From Eledone cirrhosa (taxonomy: Eukaryota): a stretch of DNA of 64,000 nt. The stretch spans positions 357,492,001 to 357,556,000 of the forward strand of contig OZ024743.1 of assembly GCA_964016885.1 (NCBI GenBank), written 5' to 3'. Position numbers and translations under genes: made by a program. The notes under the pieces were generated by a model that was given only the letters and a program-made list of their open reading frames with translations, was not told where the DNA came from and did no database searches. Positions 49,053 through 64,000 of the stretch are shown in pieces. The first letter of the stretch is position 1; the number at the start of each line of letters is the position of its first letter.

Positions 49053-50020
49053 ATATTATATAATTAGTCCCTCGTCAGTGATTTGCCAACCATCATTGGT
49101 ATTTCATTGCATTAAAAATCATATACCTCAGGTTGGTGCGAGCAATAACTAAAAAAAGCTACTGGGACAAGTGAGTCGCGTAAAGCGAGTGAGACAAGTA
49201 AACAACATAGAAGGATAAAGGCAAACCGAAGATAGGAAAAAAAACAAGCAACATGGTTATCCGGTCAGCATAAGCTGGGTGAATTTCATGAGCGTTCAGA
49301 ATACAGACCGTCCGACGTGAGTGAGATGTGAGAAAGAAGGAAAGAACCCCACTACCAACGAAACGGGAGGAAGTGAGAAGGGGAGAAACAGAGAGTGAGT
49401 GAGTGGAAGTGTGAAGAAGAGGTCAGTCGAGAGAAAGTGTAACTGACAGAGGGGGCGAAAGAAGGTGAAAGAAACAGAGAGAACGGCGGAGCAGTGAGAG
49501 AAACAGAGAGAACGGCGGAGCAGTGAGAGAAACAGAGAGAACGGGGGAGCAGTGAGAGAGAAAGAGAGAAACAGACAACGCAGCCGAGGTAAATATGTAT
49601 AAAAAACATGAGAAGAAAGAGAAATACTGCCGTCAGTTACACTTTCTCTCGACTGACCTCTTCCTCACACTTCCACTCACTCACTCTCTGTTTCTCCCCT
49701 TCTCACTTCCTCCCGTTTCGTTGGTAGTGGGGTTCTTTCCTTCTTTCTCACATCTCACTCACGCCGGACGGTCTGAATGCTCATGAAATTCACCCAGATT
49801 ATGTTGACCGGATAACCATGTTGCTTGTTTTTTTTCCTATCTTCGGTTTGCCTTTATCCTTCTATGTTGTTTACTTGTCTCACTCGCTTTACGCGACTCA
49901 CTTGTCCCAATAGCTTTTTTTAGTTATTGCTCGCACCAACCTGAGGTATATGATTTTTAATGCGATGAAATACCAATGATGGTTGGAAAATCACTGACGA
50001 GGGACTAATTTTATAATATA
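49053..50020. repeat. ~395-bp inverted repeat (49053-49447 / 49632-50020)
   Basis: Arms are reverse complements with scattered mismatches; a 26-bp direct repeat occurs at 49008 and 49605. Confidence 0.9.
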
Positions 50021-50569
50021 TATATGTATATATATTTGTTTTGCGAGGTTTTTGATATGAAATCGTGTGTCGAAACAAATATTGTTATACTTGGGGAGGG
50101 TCATATTGTTGTAATAATATTGCCAGAGAAAATAACAGAACATATTCACTGTTTGGTTCGTTTTCGCTTCTGCATCTTTTATATCTCCATAGTTAATTCA
50201 CTTGGCCATCAATGTTTATCACTGACTGACCAACGGTCAAAAATACAGATATAAATACATATATATAGTCTAATAAAGTTCTTTCGTTGCACATCTGCAA
50301 CATCATCAGTGGTACTATTATGTTTCCTCCTGTTGTATTGTATGTCTACGCCATTTTTATTTTATCTATTTATTTATTTATTTATTTTTATCTTCGTCTC
50401 TGCGCATGCGTTTGCGTGTGTGTATAGTGTTTGGTGTGTGTGTTTGCGTTTGGGTGACTGTGTTTTGGTTATTGTATTCTATCTTAGTTTATTAGTGTGT
50501 GTTTATATGTGTTTGTTGCTATTGTGCTTGTGTATATATTTATTTATTTATTTATATTTCTCTTAAGTC

Positions 50570-52655
50570 AGTATTGTTTGCTTGGGTGTTGTTGTTATTC
50601 CATTCATTTTTTTCTGTTTAGCTTTGGCTTTCTAAGCTCTATTTCGCTTGCTTCTCTGATTTGCCTACCCGTTGGGTCATTTCTATGTTTAGATATTATT
50701 TTAATTTCTATGTTGTCTATGTTACTGTCATGTTGTTGTCTGGCGTGTTCGTATAGTACTGAACCGTTTTTTGTCCCTTTAATTCACCCCAGTGTTGGTC
50801 TATTCTTTCTCCTATGCTTCGAGCTGTCTCACCTATGTATGTTTTTGTCAAGTTTCTGCAAGTACCCTCTGTACATCTTATGCTATAGACTACATTTCTA
50901 GTTTTACAGTTTATCTGGGAGTTTACTTTACATATAACACATTTCTTCTTAGTACAGTGGGTTTTCTTAAAAGGTATGTTTTGCTGATCAGGGATTTTAT
51001 GGTAGTTCCTGGCCTTTCTACCATTTTAATCTTTAAGTGGGTCTTTCTTAGGGCCTTTCTACATTGGTTAGTTAATTTCCCTCCAGGGGTAGCATCCACG
51101 AACATGACACTCTGGTATCTCTGGTTGTCGTACGATGAGGTGGCTTTCCCTATCTTATGTTTAGTCCTATCCAAGCTATTCCATGATTTGCTCCTGTATC
51201 ATGGGCAATTTCCTTTCATATTCAGTTCTATGAGGGTCTCTGTGGCTCCTTTGTATACTCTGATTATGTCTCTTTGGTTGTACCCAGAGAACTGCATGCG
51301 GTTGATGAAGTGTTGGATGTGTCTTTCTATTTCTGTTGGGTCACACATGCGGGACACGTTCTTCATCACTCGTACCAAGTCTGCGATCAGAATATTAAAC
51401 TTAGCACTATTGGACATTGCTGAGTTTTTGAGTATCAGGTATTTGGAGGCCATGGGTTTAGCGTAGTGTGAGGGGAGAATTTGGGCCCTCTCGTCTATAG
51501 TGTTAATCTAGAGTTCCATGTCTAATAAGGTAGTCTATTGTTAGGGTGTTTGGAAGGGTAGTCGATAGTTACAGTTATACTCTGGTGTATGGAGTTAGCT
51601 ATCTGCTGGATGCTTTCCATTGCGCTATATTCTAAATCATGTTCGTTAGTACTCTCTTGTGGGGGTGTCCTTATTACTATATTAATATCGTCTACGTAAC
51701 GAGAGTACATGATGAGGTCTATGGAGCTCTCATTAAGGAGATCTTTAAGTCTCCTTTCCCACCATACCATAAAAAGGTTGGCAACATCACCAGCTATGCT
51801 GACGGCAATGGCTGCTCCCTCATTTTGGGTGTAGATCTTTTCATTGAATTTGATTATATGGCCCATTAGGGTAGTTTTAATACTAGTCCCTATTGCATGC
51901 GCGACCATTTTTGTCACCTGATCATTGTTTTGGGGCGTCCGTATGGCTTTGGTCCACCCAATCCACCTTCCCATGGGAGTAGTTTTTGCCATTGAGGTTA
52001 TGGTGGGGTGTCTACCTCTTATGGGTCTACTGGGGCAGAAACGGCTAACGTCATGGTTGTCTAGGTACTCGGTGTCATAAGTAAGTCTAAGTAGGAGGCC
52101 CAGTTCATTTGTGTCGACGTCGCAGAACTCTACCTCACTCTCACTGATTATTTCCACACATTTTTCCACAGCAAAATCAATGTTAATGGATGGGTATAGT
52201 GACACCACGTCCATACTGGCTAATATGAAGTTAGATAGGTTTTTGTTGCACTCATTGATTCTGCTGAGGTCCTCTGTACTGTCACATACATCTGGGGACA
52301 TCTTAATTATGGGGCGTATAACAATTGAGAAGAAGTAGGAGATCCTGTAGTTGCCAGCGATATTGGCTCCACATACAGGTCTTGTTGGTGGTCCTGTTGT
52401 CGGGTCGTCGACTGTCTTATGGTCTTTGCACAGCCCATACAAGGGTGGTATGTCATTGTTAGACGCTTGGAAGTTGTTGGCAGTGCATCTGCTTGGCTTT
52501 AGGATGTCGGTCCACATCAGCATGTGAGCGTTGAGGATCTTCTCTCTCCCTTCACGTGTTTGTTGTGTAATTTCGCTCGTGTTTGTGATGTGGGGTTGCA
52601 TAGCCTTGATGTAGCTCGGCATGCTGTCTATCGACATCCTACCAGATTTATCCCA
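50570..52655 (-). pseudogene. Penelope-like element RT plus GIY-YIG, frameshifted and 5'-truncated at (GT)n
   Basis: DKSG, PLYGLCKDHK, MDVVSLYPSI, YSRYVDD; downstream NVVYSIRC...TYIGETARSIGER. Confidence 0.88.
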
Positions 52656-52779
<124 letters not shown>

Positions 52780-52784
52780 TTACA

Positions 52785-52925
52785 TCGCATAACTTAACGG
52801 TTTCACAAAACGAGATGGATATAAGTACTGGAGCTCTATATGATTGTATAAATCATGGCGGTACCCCAGTATGACCGCAGTCTAATGACTTGAAAACAGT
52901 TAAAGCGTCAAAGAATAAAAGGATA
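52785..52925 (+). mobile_element. SINE 3' fragment (resembles octopus-type SINE tails)
   Basis: ggcggtaccccagtatgaccgcagtctaatgacttgaaaacag...aagaataaaaggata. Confidence 0.45.
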
Positions 52926-53339
52926 CAAGCCATTAAAATTAGAGTTCAACCTACGAAAAATAGATAGGATTATCAAAAGTGGAACGTCTTTTATCGTGCG
53001 TTTGCTGGAGTAGATCTGTTCTACTTTAGCCATTCAAATCATGCATTCGATAGTCATTAGAAACTGGTTTTTCGTATGTTGATATGTGTCTTCTGATTTC
53101 GTAATGTTTACATACACTAGAGCTAAGCACTTCTTTTCTAAAGCAGCAGGTATCTTCTATATCTACCAATGCAATAGTTAGGGAAAAGATAGTTAGTTTC
53201 TATATGATCTTAAAAGTTGTATAACTTGTGACTCCATATGTGACTCCATATTGTTGTTGGTAATGATGTTGATAATGCGGTGAATTGGCATTGAATGTCG
53301 AATAGAATGCTTTATGGTATTCGTTTCAGGTTTATGGTA

Positions 53340-53750
53340 TTCGTTTCGGCTCTCTGCTCTAGGAGTTCAAATCCCACCGAGGTCAACTTTGCCTTTCATC
53401 CTTTCGAGGTCGATAAAAAAGTACCAGTCTTCCTTTATCTCATTTCCTCCGTCCCACTTTCTATCTTTCTCTGAAAGAAATCTGCTATACTCAGGTCTGG
53501 AGAAGGGTGGGCTCCGCCGGGCTTAAATTGCCAAAGAAACGCCGTATGTTAATACGGCGCCCCTACGACTCTATCAGAAGTTACGGGACCATAACATACC
53601 ATACCAAGGATGTTAATAGAGCGTCAGACAAAATATTTTGCAGAATTTAGTTACGGCTCTTTGCGTCCTGAATTCAAATCTGGTCAAGGTCAATCTTGCC
53701 TTTAATCCTTTCGAGATCCATAAATAAAGTACCAGTCCAGTACTGATGTC
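53340..53750 (+). mobile_element. Two degenerate SINE copies (~53340-53430 and ~53640-53750)
   Basis: gagttcaaatcccaccgaggtcaactttgcctttcatcctttcgaggtcgataa. Confidence 0.65.
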
Positions 53751-53937
53751 GATTTTTCCTCTATGTCTCATTTTATCACGTTCTCCCTCCTTCTCATTCT
53801 CTGGAAGAAATCGACTGTGATAAGACCTGGGAAGGGATGGGCTCCGCTTGGCTTAAAATGCCTTTCAGGTGTAAAAGTCATTGCAGCACGGCATCCCTAC
53901 GATTCTATTAGGAGTTCAGGTCTCTTTAATTTTAACT

Positions 53938-56295
<2,358 letters not shown>

Positions 56296-56667
56296 GACGT
56301 AAAATAAGAAAATTATAATAATTAACTTACTTACTTGCTAGCATAAGTATACTTCTGTATAAATATGTTGGTAGATATACTAATTCTTTATAATTATCTC
56401 CAAATTATTTGTCCAGCAAAAATTCGCCTTAATTACTGCTATGATTCAGAGTAATATTTTGGCTACTGTCTTTTTAAAACCCCACTCCTCACTGATCAAC
56501 CTCGATGTCACGTGATTGATTCTTTTGAATTTGCCACTGACCGGGAAGGTAGTGAAAATTTCAGTATCTTGATATTTAGTCCGCGCTTGCTTCTTTTCCA
56601 TTCACTGAATTATTTTTGTTTGAGATCCCTGTGTCCGCCTATCGCCTGGGATCTTAGCAGAGAATTG

Positions 56668-56745
56668 ACTCCCTGATGAAGAAAGGAATTCTCCATGGTT
56701 TTGAACACTATGTATATCCCCTTTCAGAAACTAATTAGTTGGAGT
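56668..56745 (+). ncRNA. Type I hammerhead ribozyme motif (PLE-type)
   Basis: actcc-CTGATGA-a-gaaagg...cctttc-a-GAAAC-taatta-GTT-ggagt; stems I, II and palindromic III pair, but the stem II closing pair is A.A. Confidence 0.7.
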
Positions 56746-57002
56746 GAAACTTAAGTAAGTTAATTATTATAATTTTCTTATTTTACGTCTTTCATATAAT
56801 TGTTCTACATTTTTGTATTGAACCACAAAGTTACTAAGACAAAACTTATATCTTGTTAGCATAAGTATACTTCTGTATAAATATGTTGGTAAATATACTA
56901 ATTCTTTATATATATATATATAACAAAGGAATTGTGGTAAGGAACCAGATGGACCATAACGCACCATAGTACTCAATACTTAGGATAGTAGAGTGGGAAA
57001 CA

Positions 57003-59298
57003 GGAAAAAGTATGACCCCGACGGCAGAGCTCAAGCCGTTTCGACGGCTATTTCTGGACTAAATTAGAATTTTTAGCCTGGTGAGTAAATACCCGAACTT
57101 GTCAAGGGGGTACTTCCTTATATGGGAAGATTGTAGTTGTGAAGAGGATTGGTAAAAATTTGTTATAAACACAAATAAGTCTATCATGGCATTTGGTGGG
57201 AGGTAGGGATGGCTGAACTTGCCTGTAGAACAATAGGGGAGTGACAACTCTAAGTGGATAAAGAGTGCTCCCGACTCCTCCTTCAATGTGAGTATGGGCG
57301 CGACGGATTCGGCCGGGGTCAAAGATCTTATAGGTTTATTCCTACTATTTAAACTCACCGAAATGTTTCCTGCATTCGGCGGTGGATTGTACCGGGATGA
57401 TGGGCTCCTCACCCTCAAAGGGTACAACCCCAGTAGTACAGACCGGGTCCGTAAACAACTAATCAACTTCTTCCGCGACTAGGGATTTAAAATCACCCTA
57501 CAAACGTCCCTAACCCGAGTCAATTTCCTGGACGTTATCCTTAACGTCGAAAATGATCTGTACTACCCATATAGGAAACCAAACGACACCCTGCACTACA
57601 TCCACCACCGCTCTAACCATCCTAGAAACATCACCAATAACCTGGTTAAAAACATCTCCCTCCCCATATCCCGTTTGTCCGCTAATGAGCAGATATTCGA
57701 CGAACACGCGCCTCATTACAACCAGGCCCTCAAGCGGAGTGGCTTCCGGGAGGAAATATCCTTTTATCCAGCTTCCCTTAGCGGCTCCAGCAGGCGACAC
57801 AGCCGCTTACGCAACGTAACGTGGTTCAATCCTCCCCATAATGCCGAGGTGGCAACACCTATCGGGAAAATCTTCTTTAGACTCCTCGAAAAACATTTCC
57901 CACTACACACCGCTACCACAACATAATCAACAAAAACACCATCAAACTCTCCTACAGCACCACACCTAACTTCGCACAAAACTGATACAAATTAAAGGGG
58001 GTTTTAACACATCTGCTATAAGTAGTTAGTAAAACGTATTCGGCCAATCCTATCTTAAAATTACAGGGGGTGGGGGGAACTGATGCTACAGAGGCCCGAT
58101 GGCTGCATCGGGGTAGGCCGAAAGGGGAAAAAGCAGACGAGGGAGGATAATAGGGGGTGGAAAGGAAGTGATAGGATGAGACAGGGGGAAGAAGAAGACA
58201 AAGAGGAAAAGAAAAGAGATACATCTACCTATGTAGCTGGGTTTCCCCTAACTTATTCGGCAAGTGGGGGGTTATCAGCCCTTGTCTACCCACCCGGGTC
58301 GTTATGGGGTTTGAGGGCGAGGTAAGTCCTACGCATCTGTGTTTGCATGCGGTTACCAGTTCATCTTTCCTTGTTTAGGAGTTGGTCCTTCAATTGAAGG
58401 ACCAACTCCTAAACAAGAAAGATGAACTGGTAACCGCATGCAAACACAGATTGCGTAGGACTTACCTCGCCCTCAAACCCCATAACGACCCGGGTGGGTA
58501 GACAAGGGCTGATAACCCCCCACTTGCCGAATAAGTTAGGGGAAACCCCAGCTTACATAGGTAGATGTATCTCTTTTCTTTTCCTCTTTGTCTTCTTCTT
58601 CCCCCTGTCTCATCCTATCACTTCCTTCCACCCCCTATTTTCCTCCTCGTCTGCTTTTCCCCTTTCGCCTACCCCGATGCAGCCCATCGGGCCTCTGTAG
58701 CATCAGTTCCCCCACCCCTGTAATTTTAAGATAGGATTGGCCGAATACGTTTTACTAACTACTTATAGCAGATGTGTTAAAACCCCTTTAATTTTGTATC
58801 AGTTTTGTTACTACTCATTCTACAATTTTTTTCTATTCTCAACTTATTAAACTGTAATTGTAAGATAGCATTGTGATTTTTTTTATTCATTTCTCACTAT
58901 CTAATTTTATATATATTTTTTATTTATTTCTATTATCTTTTATTGTCTCCTACTCTCATTCGATTTACCTATTCTATAACCTCCCTCCTCCACTTCATAC
59001 ACTATCATTAGAATCTGCTGTATACATATCACTTTCAACGCTTGACCGCTCCACTCACTCCCCTATTGTTCTACAGGCAAGTTCAGCCACCCCTACCTTC
59101 CACCAAATGCCATGATAGATTTATTTGTGTTTACAACACATTTTAACCAATCCTCTTGACAACTACAATCTTCCCATATAAGAAAGTACCCCCTTAACAA
59201 GTTCGGGTATTTATTCACCAGGCTAAACATTCTAATTTAGTCCAGAAATAGCCGTCGAAAGGGCTTGAGCTCTGCCGTCGGGGTCATACTTTTTCCTA
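57003..59298 (+). mobile_element. Rearranged Penelope-like element: inverted terminal piece, RT fragment, inverted 3' piece, 3' end/pLTR
   Basis: RT fragment MGATDS...GLYRDDGL, VNFLDV, YRKPND, SNHP, WFNPP (57286-57975); ORF end LLNK..ELVTACKH at ~58400; inverted copies 57003-57244 and 57976-58393. Confidence 0.8.
57016..57110 (-). ncRNA. Hammerhead ribozyme motif, U3-A8 variant
   Basis: Minus strand cccc-TTGACAA-g(long stem II)c-GAAAC-ggc ttgagctct gcc-GTC-gggg; the copy at ~59189-59284 (+) has core mutations. Confidence 0.65.
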
Positions 59299-59333
59299 TA
59301 TATATATATATATATATATATATGTAGGTATGT

Positions 59334-59398
<65 letters not shown>

Positions 59399-59437
59399 GG
59401 TATGTAGGTATATATATGTAGGTGTATATGAATGTGT

Positions 59438-60108
59438 ATATATAGTGTATTTTGCAATACACTGTATGCTTAATTAAAAGCATTTCGAAGACCTTATGCT
59501 ATTGTTTTAGAATAGTGACAGACTCACTTACTTTAATTTTCAGAAAACAGGGGAGATAAAGCTGACAGGGCCCTGTTTCGCATTTTTTGATGCTTATCAA
59601 AGCCAACTACTCCTCCTGTTTGCTGAAAATCATGGATGTTTGATTCTTATAGATTTCTAAAATTAAAGTAAGTGAGTCTGTCACTACTCTAAAACAATAG
59701 CATAATGTCTTCGAAATGCTTTTAATTAAGCATACAGTGTATTGCAAAATACACTATATATACATTCATATATATATAGCTATTTCAGAGCACCAATTCT
59801 AATTTTCAATTTCTGCTTGACCAGCAATCGCTCTGTATAATCAGTTCCCGATTATTTACTAGAATTCTATAAGAAACAAACATCCATGATTTTCAGCAAA
59901 CAGGAGGAGTAGTTGGCTTTGATAAGCACAAAAAAATGCGATACAGGGCCCTGTCAGCTTTATCTCCCCTGTTTGCTGAAAATTAAAGTAAGTGAGTCTG
60001 TCACTACTCTAAAACAATAGCATAAGGTCTTCGAAATGCTTTTAATTAAGCATACAGTGTATTGCAAAATACACTATATATATATATAGCTATTTCAGAG
60101 CACCAATT

Positions 60109-60110
<2 letters not shown>
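59438..60110. repeat. Inverted/direct repeat cluster resembling a PLE pLTR remnant
   Basis: 59438-59658 is the reverse complement of 59860-60080; 59659-59800 directly repeats 59979-60110. Confidence 0.85.
59560..59604 (-). ncRNA. Minimal hammerhead ribozyme motif, U3-A8 variant
   Basis: Minus strand ggct-TTGATAA-gca tcaaaaaa tgc-GAAAC-agggccct-GTC-agct; second copy at 59915-59959 (+) has GATAC. Confidence 0.7.
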
Positions 60111-60812
<702 letters not shown>

Positions 60813-61606
60813 TTATGTCCCCTCCGAACATTACGTGGTAAGGGAAAAATGGATAAATATAGTAACTATAGGGTTCTCTCCCTATCGACTTCTCGCCCTA
60901 TTGACTCTTCAGCTCATGGATCGCAGATTTAACAGATCGCCATTTCTTTTCCTTAATTAATACAGTCAAGCCCTTTCTAATATACATTGTAATTCTGTAC
61001 CCTTTCGACATTTATCCACTTACCAACAGTGTTGGATACACCGATATATGATCCAATGCAGCAACTACATTGGGATAAGCTCGACGTGGAAAAATTAGCA
61101 GCCAAATTTCCCCCAAACCACTCCCTGAAGTCTTCATTGTAAAGAAAAACAAACTAAAACAGTAAAGACACATTGGATAATGTAAGACGATGCACATTAT
61201 GACTGAATAAAAGAAAACGGAATTGTCACGGCTCAAATGCTCTCGATCATAGATGTGCGAGATCAAAGTAGATCTGGAGCAACACTAATAAAAGCACACA
61301 GAAACACAGATACATAATTAAGTAAGACTCTGCCGACTCAGAGTTCATTGAGGTTTCTCTGCTCAAGGAGGAAAAAACAAACAAGTTCTATATAGAGAGA
61401 AAGACGGCAGGGTAAAGACCAACATATCTACGATCACAAGTTTGCTTGATCAGAATTGATCATACACTCGACAACAAGAACATTACCTAGTTACTTTAAG
61501 AAAAAAAAGAAATATATACTCTATTTTTATCAAGCTTTTCTTGTCTAATCGCTATGCATACATACGCACACGCACGCACACACGCACGCACACACATACA
61601 CACACA

Positions 61607-61692
<86 letters not shown>

Positions 61693-62167
61693 CATATATA
61701 CATATATATGTATATATATATAAAGTATAGGGGCAGGTATGCCCACTTGTCATGCAGGAAACCAGGCATCGATTCGCCGCAAAAGAGGTTACAATTATTT
61801 AAGGCACAGGCATGGTTTCGCAATCACTGGGTTCTGATCGCAGTTTACTATAGCCCTAGGCTGACTAATTGCTTGGAATTTGGTAGACGAAAAATGATAA
61901 AGCTCATTTGCATATTGAGCTGTCGGCCGGTTCGGCCTGAAAATAGAATTAAAATGTTCGCTCCGACATAGTTGTATACACATAGGTATGTGTATTTGTA
62001 TATCCGCCCATGTACATAGGCATCAACACTAAAGATCGAAGTCAGAAACAGTCGACTGTCAAAAGATTACCCGCTCCTGCTTCTGCTGGAATCCACCTCA
62101 TGGCGCTAGGCATCGGCCTCCAAAATTCATAGCTAAAGGCTTTCAAATGTTTATTCCTAAATATACC

Positions 62168-62247
<80 letters not shown>

Positions 62248-62463
62248 ACACACATATATATATATATATATTTAACCGAATACTGTTAGTTATATCATAA
62301 TCTAATTTGCATATGTTTCATCCTCCTGGGACTCGTCGGAATTAAACAAGATATAAATACCTCAACAAATTTATCTCGTCTAAAACCATAACGTACTGGA
62401 AGGAAAACATTTCGTTTGCAACTTTTTCACCTACATCTTTCCAGTTTTTATATTTGAAAACGA

Positions 62464-62577
<114 letters not shown>

Positions 62578-62715
62578 AGATTGAATTATTTTCCCATATC
62601 TTACGTTAAATATTTTCCATCTTGACGTTATAGTCACTTATATATTATGAAATACTCTTGGCTTCTTGCTCACATTAATTTCTCTATTTTCATTTATATA
62701 TATATAAATAAAATG

Positions 62716-62982
62716 GCGAGTGTTGTTACATAACGCTGGTTTTCATGTTTTATCGAGTAGCGATGTCTATAAAGGCGAGATTTGAAGGAGGTAGCTGTAG
62801 ACCCCCACATAGTACCACTTCTGGCTACCCGATTCGATAGTACATATGTATATGATGTTGCGTTCAAGTCACTGATTGTTCAACGGACACATTCCTGGTT
62901 GGACACAGTTACAGTTATAATTATGCGTTGTTGTATTACCATGGATGGTTGATGAAAACCAGCGTTATGTAACAACACTCGC
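62716..62982. repeat. 31-bp perfect inverted repeats enclosing ~205 bp (MITE-like)
   Basis: gcgagtgttgttacataacgctggttttcat / atgaaaaccagcgttatgtaacaacactcgc. Confidence 0.75.
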
Positions 62983-64000
62983 AGACAAGGCTTGGCAGCT
63001 GCGCGAAAATAACCAACAATTTAACCTAAAATGGGATATAATAGTGCTGCCCCTGCATATTTCCAAGGACAGGAATTTTGTAAATTGTGTAATATGGAAA
63101 TATTTTGTATTATGAAATCCAAAAATATTTTATTAAATAACAAAATAGAGCGTTCGTTATACTGTAACCATCGCTTGAAATCTACATTTTCATATTACAA
63201 ATGCTACCAGGATTGAACGCTTGTCTCCATCTCCGTTTGATTGTCAAAATACATATTAACATTCTCTATTAGTCTTAATTCTATCAACTCTTCTATTCTT
63301 TATCATTTAATATAAATTGCTATAGAGAAAATGAGATTTCTTAATTCAATTCCCTAATGCATATACCAGCAGGCTACCAGCATTTTTATTATACAGTAGC
63401 AATGAGAATCTCTCTCTTCCTTACTTGACACTTTATATCTGTATTAATACTACTACACCAAACGACCAGCCCTGTCCATTGTTCAATTGGTCAAATATAG
63501 ATTAAAATAGGCACTCCCAAAAATTCTTATTTAGATAAAATAAGCCATATACACATTGTATTCTCATTAAAAACCTTCTATATACTTGTGTACCAGCAAA
63601 TTGAATTGCCATCTGTCATATACTATCCCATCTCTTCTTCCTTTCTTACAACTAATATAAATACTTTGATTTTTCTGATTTTTTCCAATTTATCCAATAT
63701 CTCTGAAGAAGTGACAACTGATTATACATTTTCTATCGAATACTTGCTAACATTATATGATTACGCAAACAGCGATACATAGGTATTCCGTCTGTTACAG
63801 AAACATATGTCAATACCTAATAAATTCCTTTATAAAAGCACTTTCATTTTATATTCATCTTTTCTACATTTTCTCCGCAATATAATTTATACTCGTTGAG
63901 CAAACCTATACGTACGCTGTTCATCTCTAACGTGACGATATATTATCACTACATTATTGATAACTTGAAATTTTTATATATATATATATTAAAATAACAG

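Noticed and set aside
49990-50090. CTGACGA..GAAAC hammerhead candidate
   Set aside because: Stems I and II cannot be closed.

Overview
Eukaryotic, repeat-dominated window with no confidently identifiable host gene. The SINE types and dense microsatellites suggest an invertebrate, probably a cephalopod (inference). Positions 1-35.1 kb hold a head-to-tail array of five ~5.6-6 kb L1/Tx1-like non-LTR retrotransposons in the order A, B, (gap), A, B, B. Each has ORF1 with a CCHC knuckle and ORF2 with APE endonuclease, RT and a CCHC motif, and each is bounded by (ATT)n. Subfamilies A and B share an almost identical ORF2 but have different 5'UTR/ORF1 modules. R4/Dong-like RLE retrotransposons sit in the same (ATT/AAT)n repeats on the opposite strand. 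Top candidate novelty: in all five copies the ORF1 stop codon lies inside a consensus splice donor (G|GTAAGT), followed by a pyrimidine tract and CAG inside the start of ORF2. Removing this 52-nt (A) or 53-nt (B) segment would fuse ORF1 to ORF2 in frame in both subfamilies. Copy 4 has lost part of its endonuclease yet keeps an open RT frame through two compensating deletions. Positions 35-64 kb contain microsatellites, SINEs, a mariner relic, a decayed Tx1 relic and several Penelope-like (PLE) fragments with large inverted repeats and minimal hammerhead ribozyme motifs, two of them with the U3-A8 core variant (UUGANAA). All coordinates were read by eye, so element boundaries are approximate.
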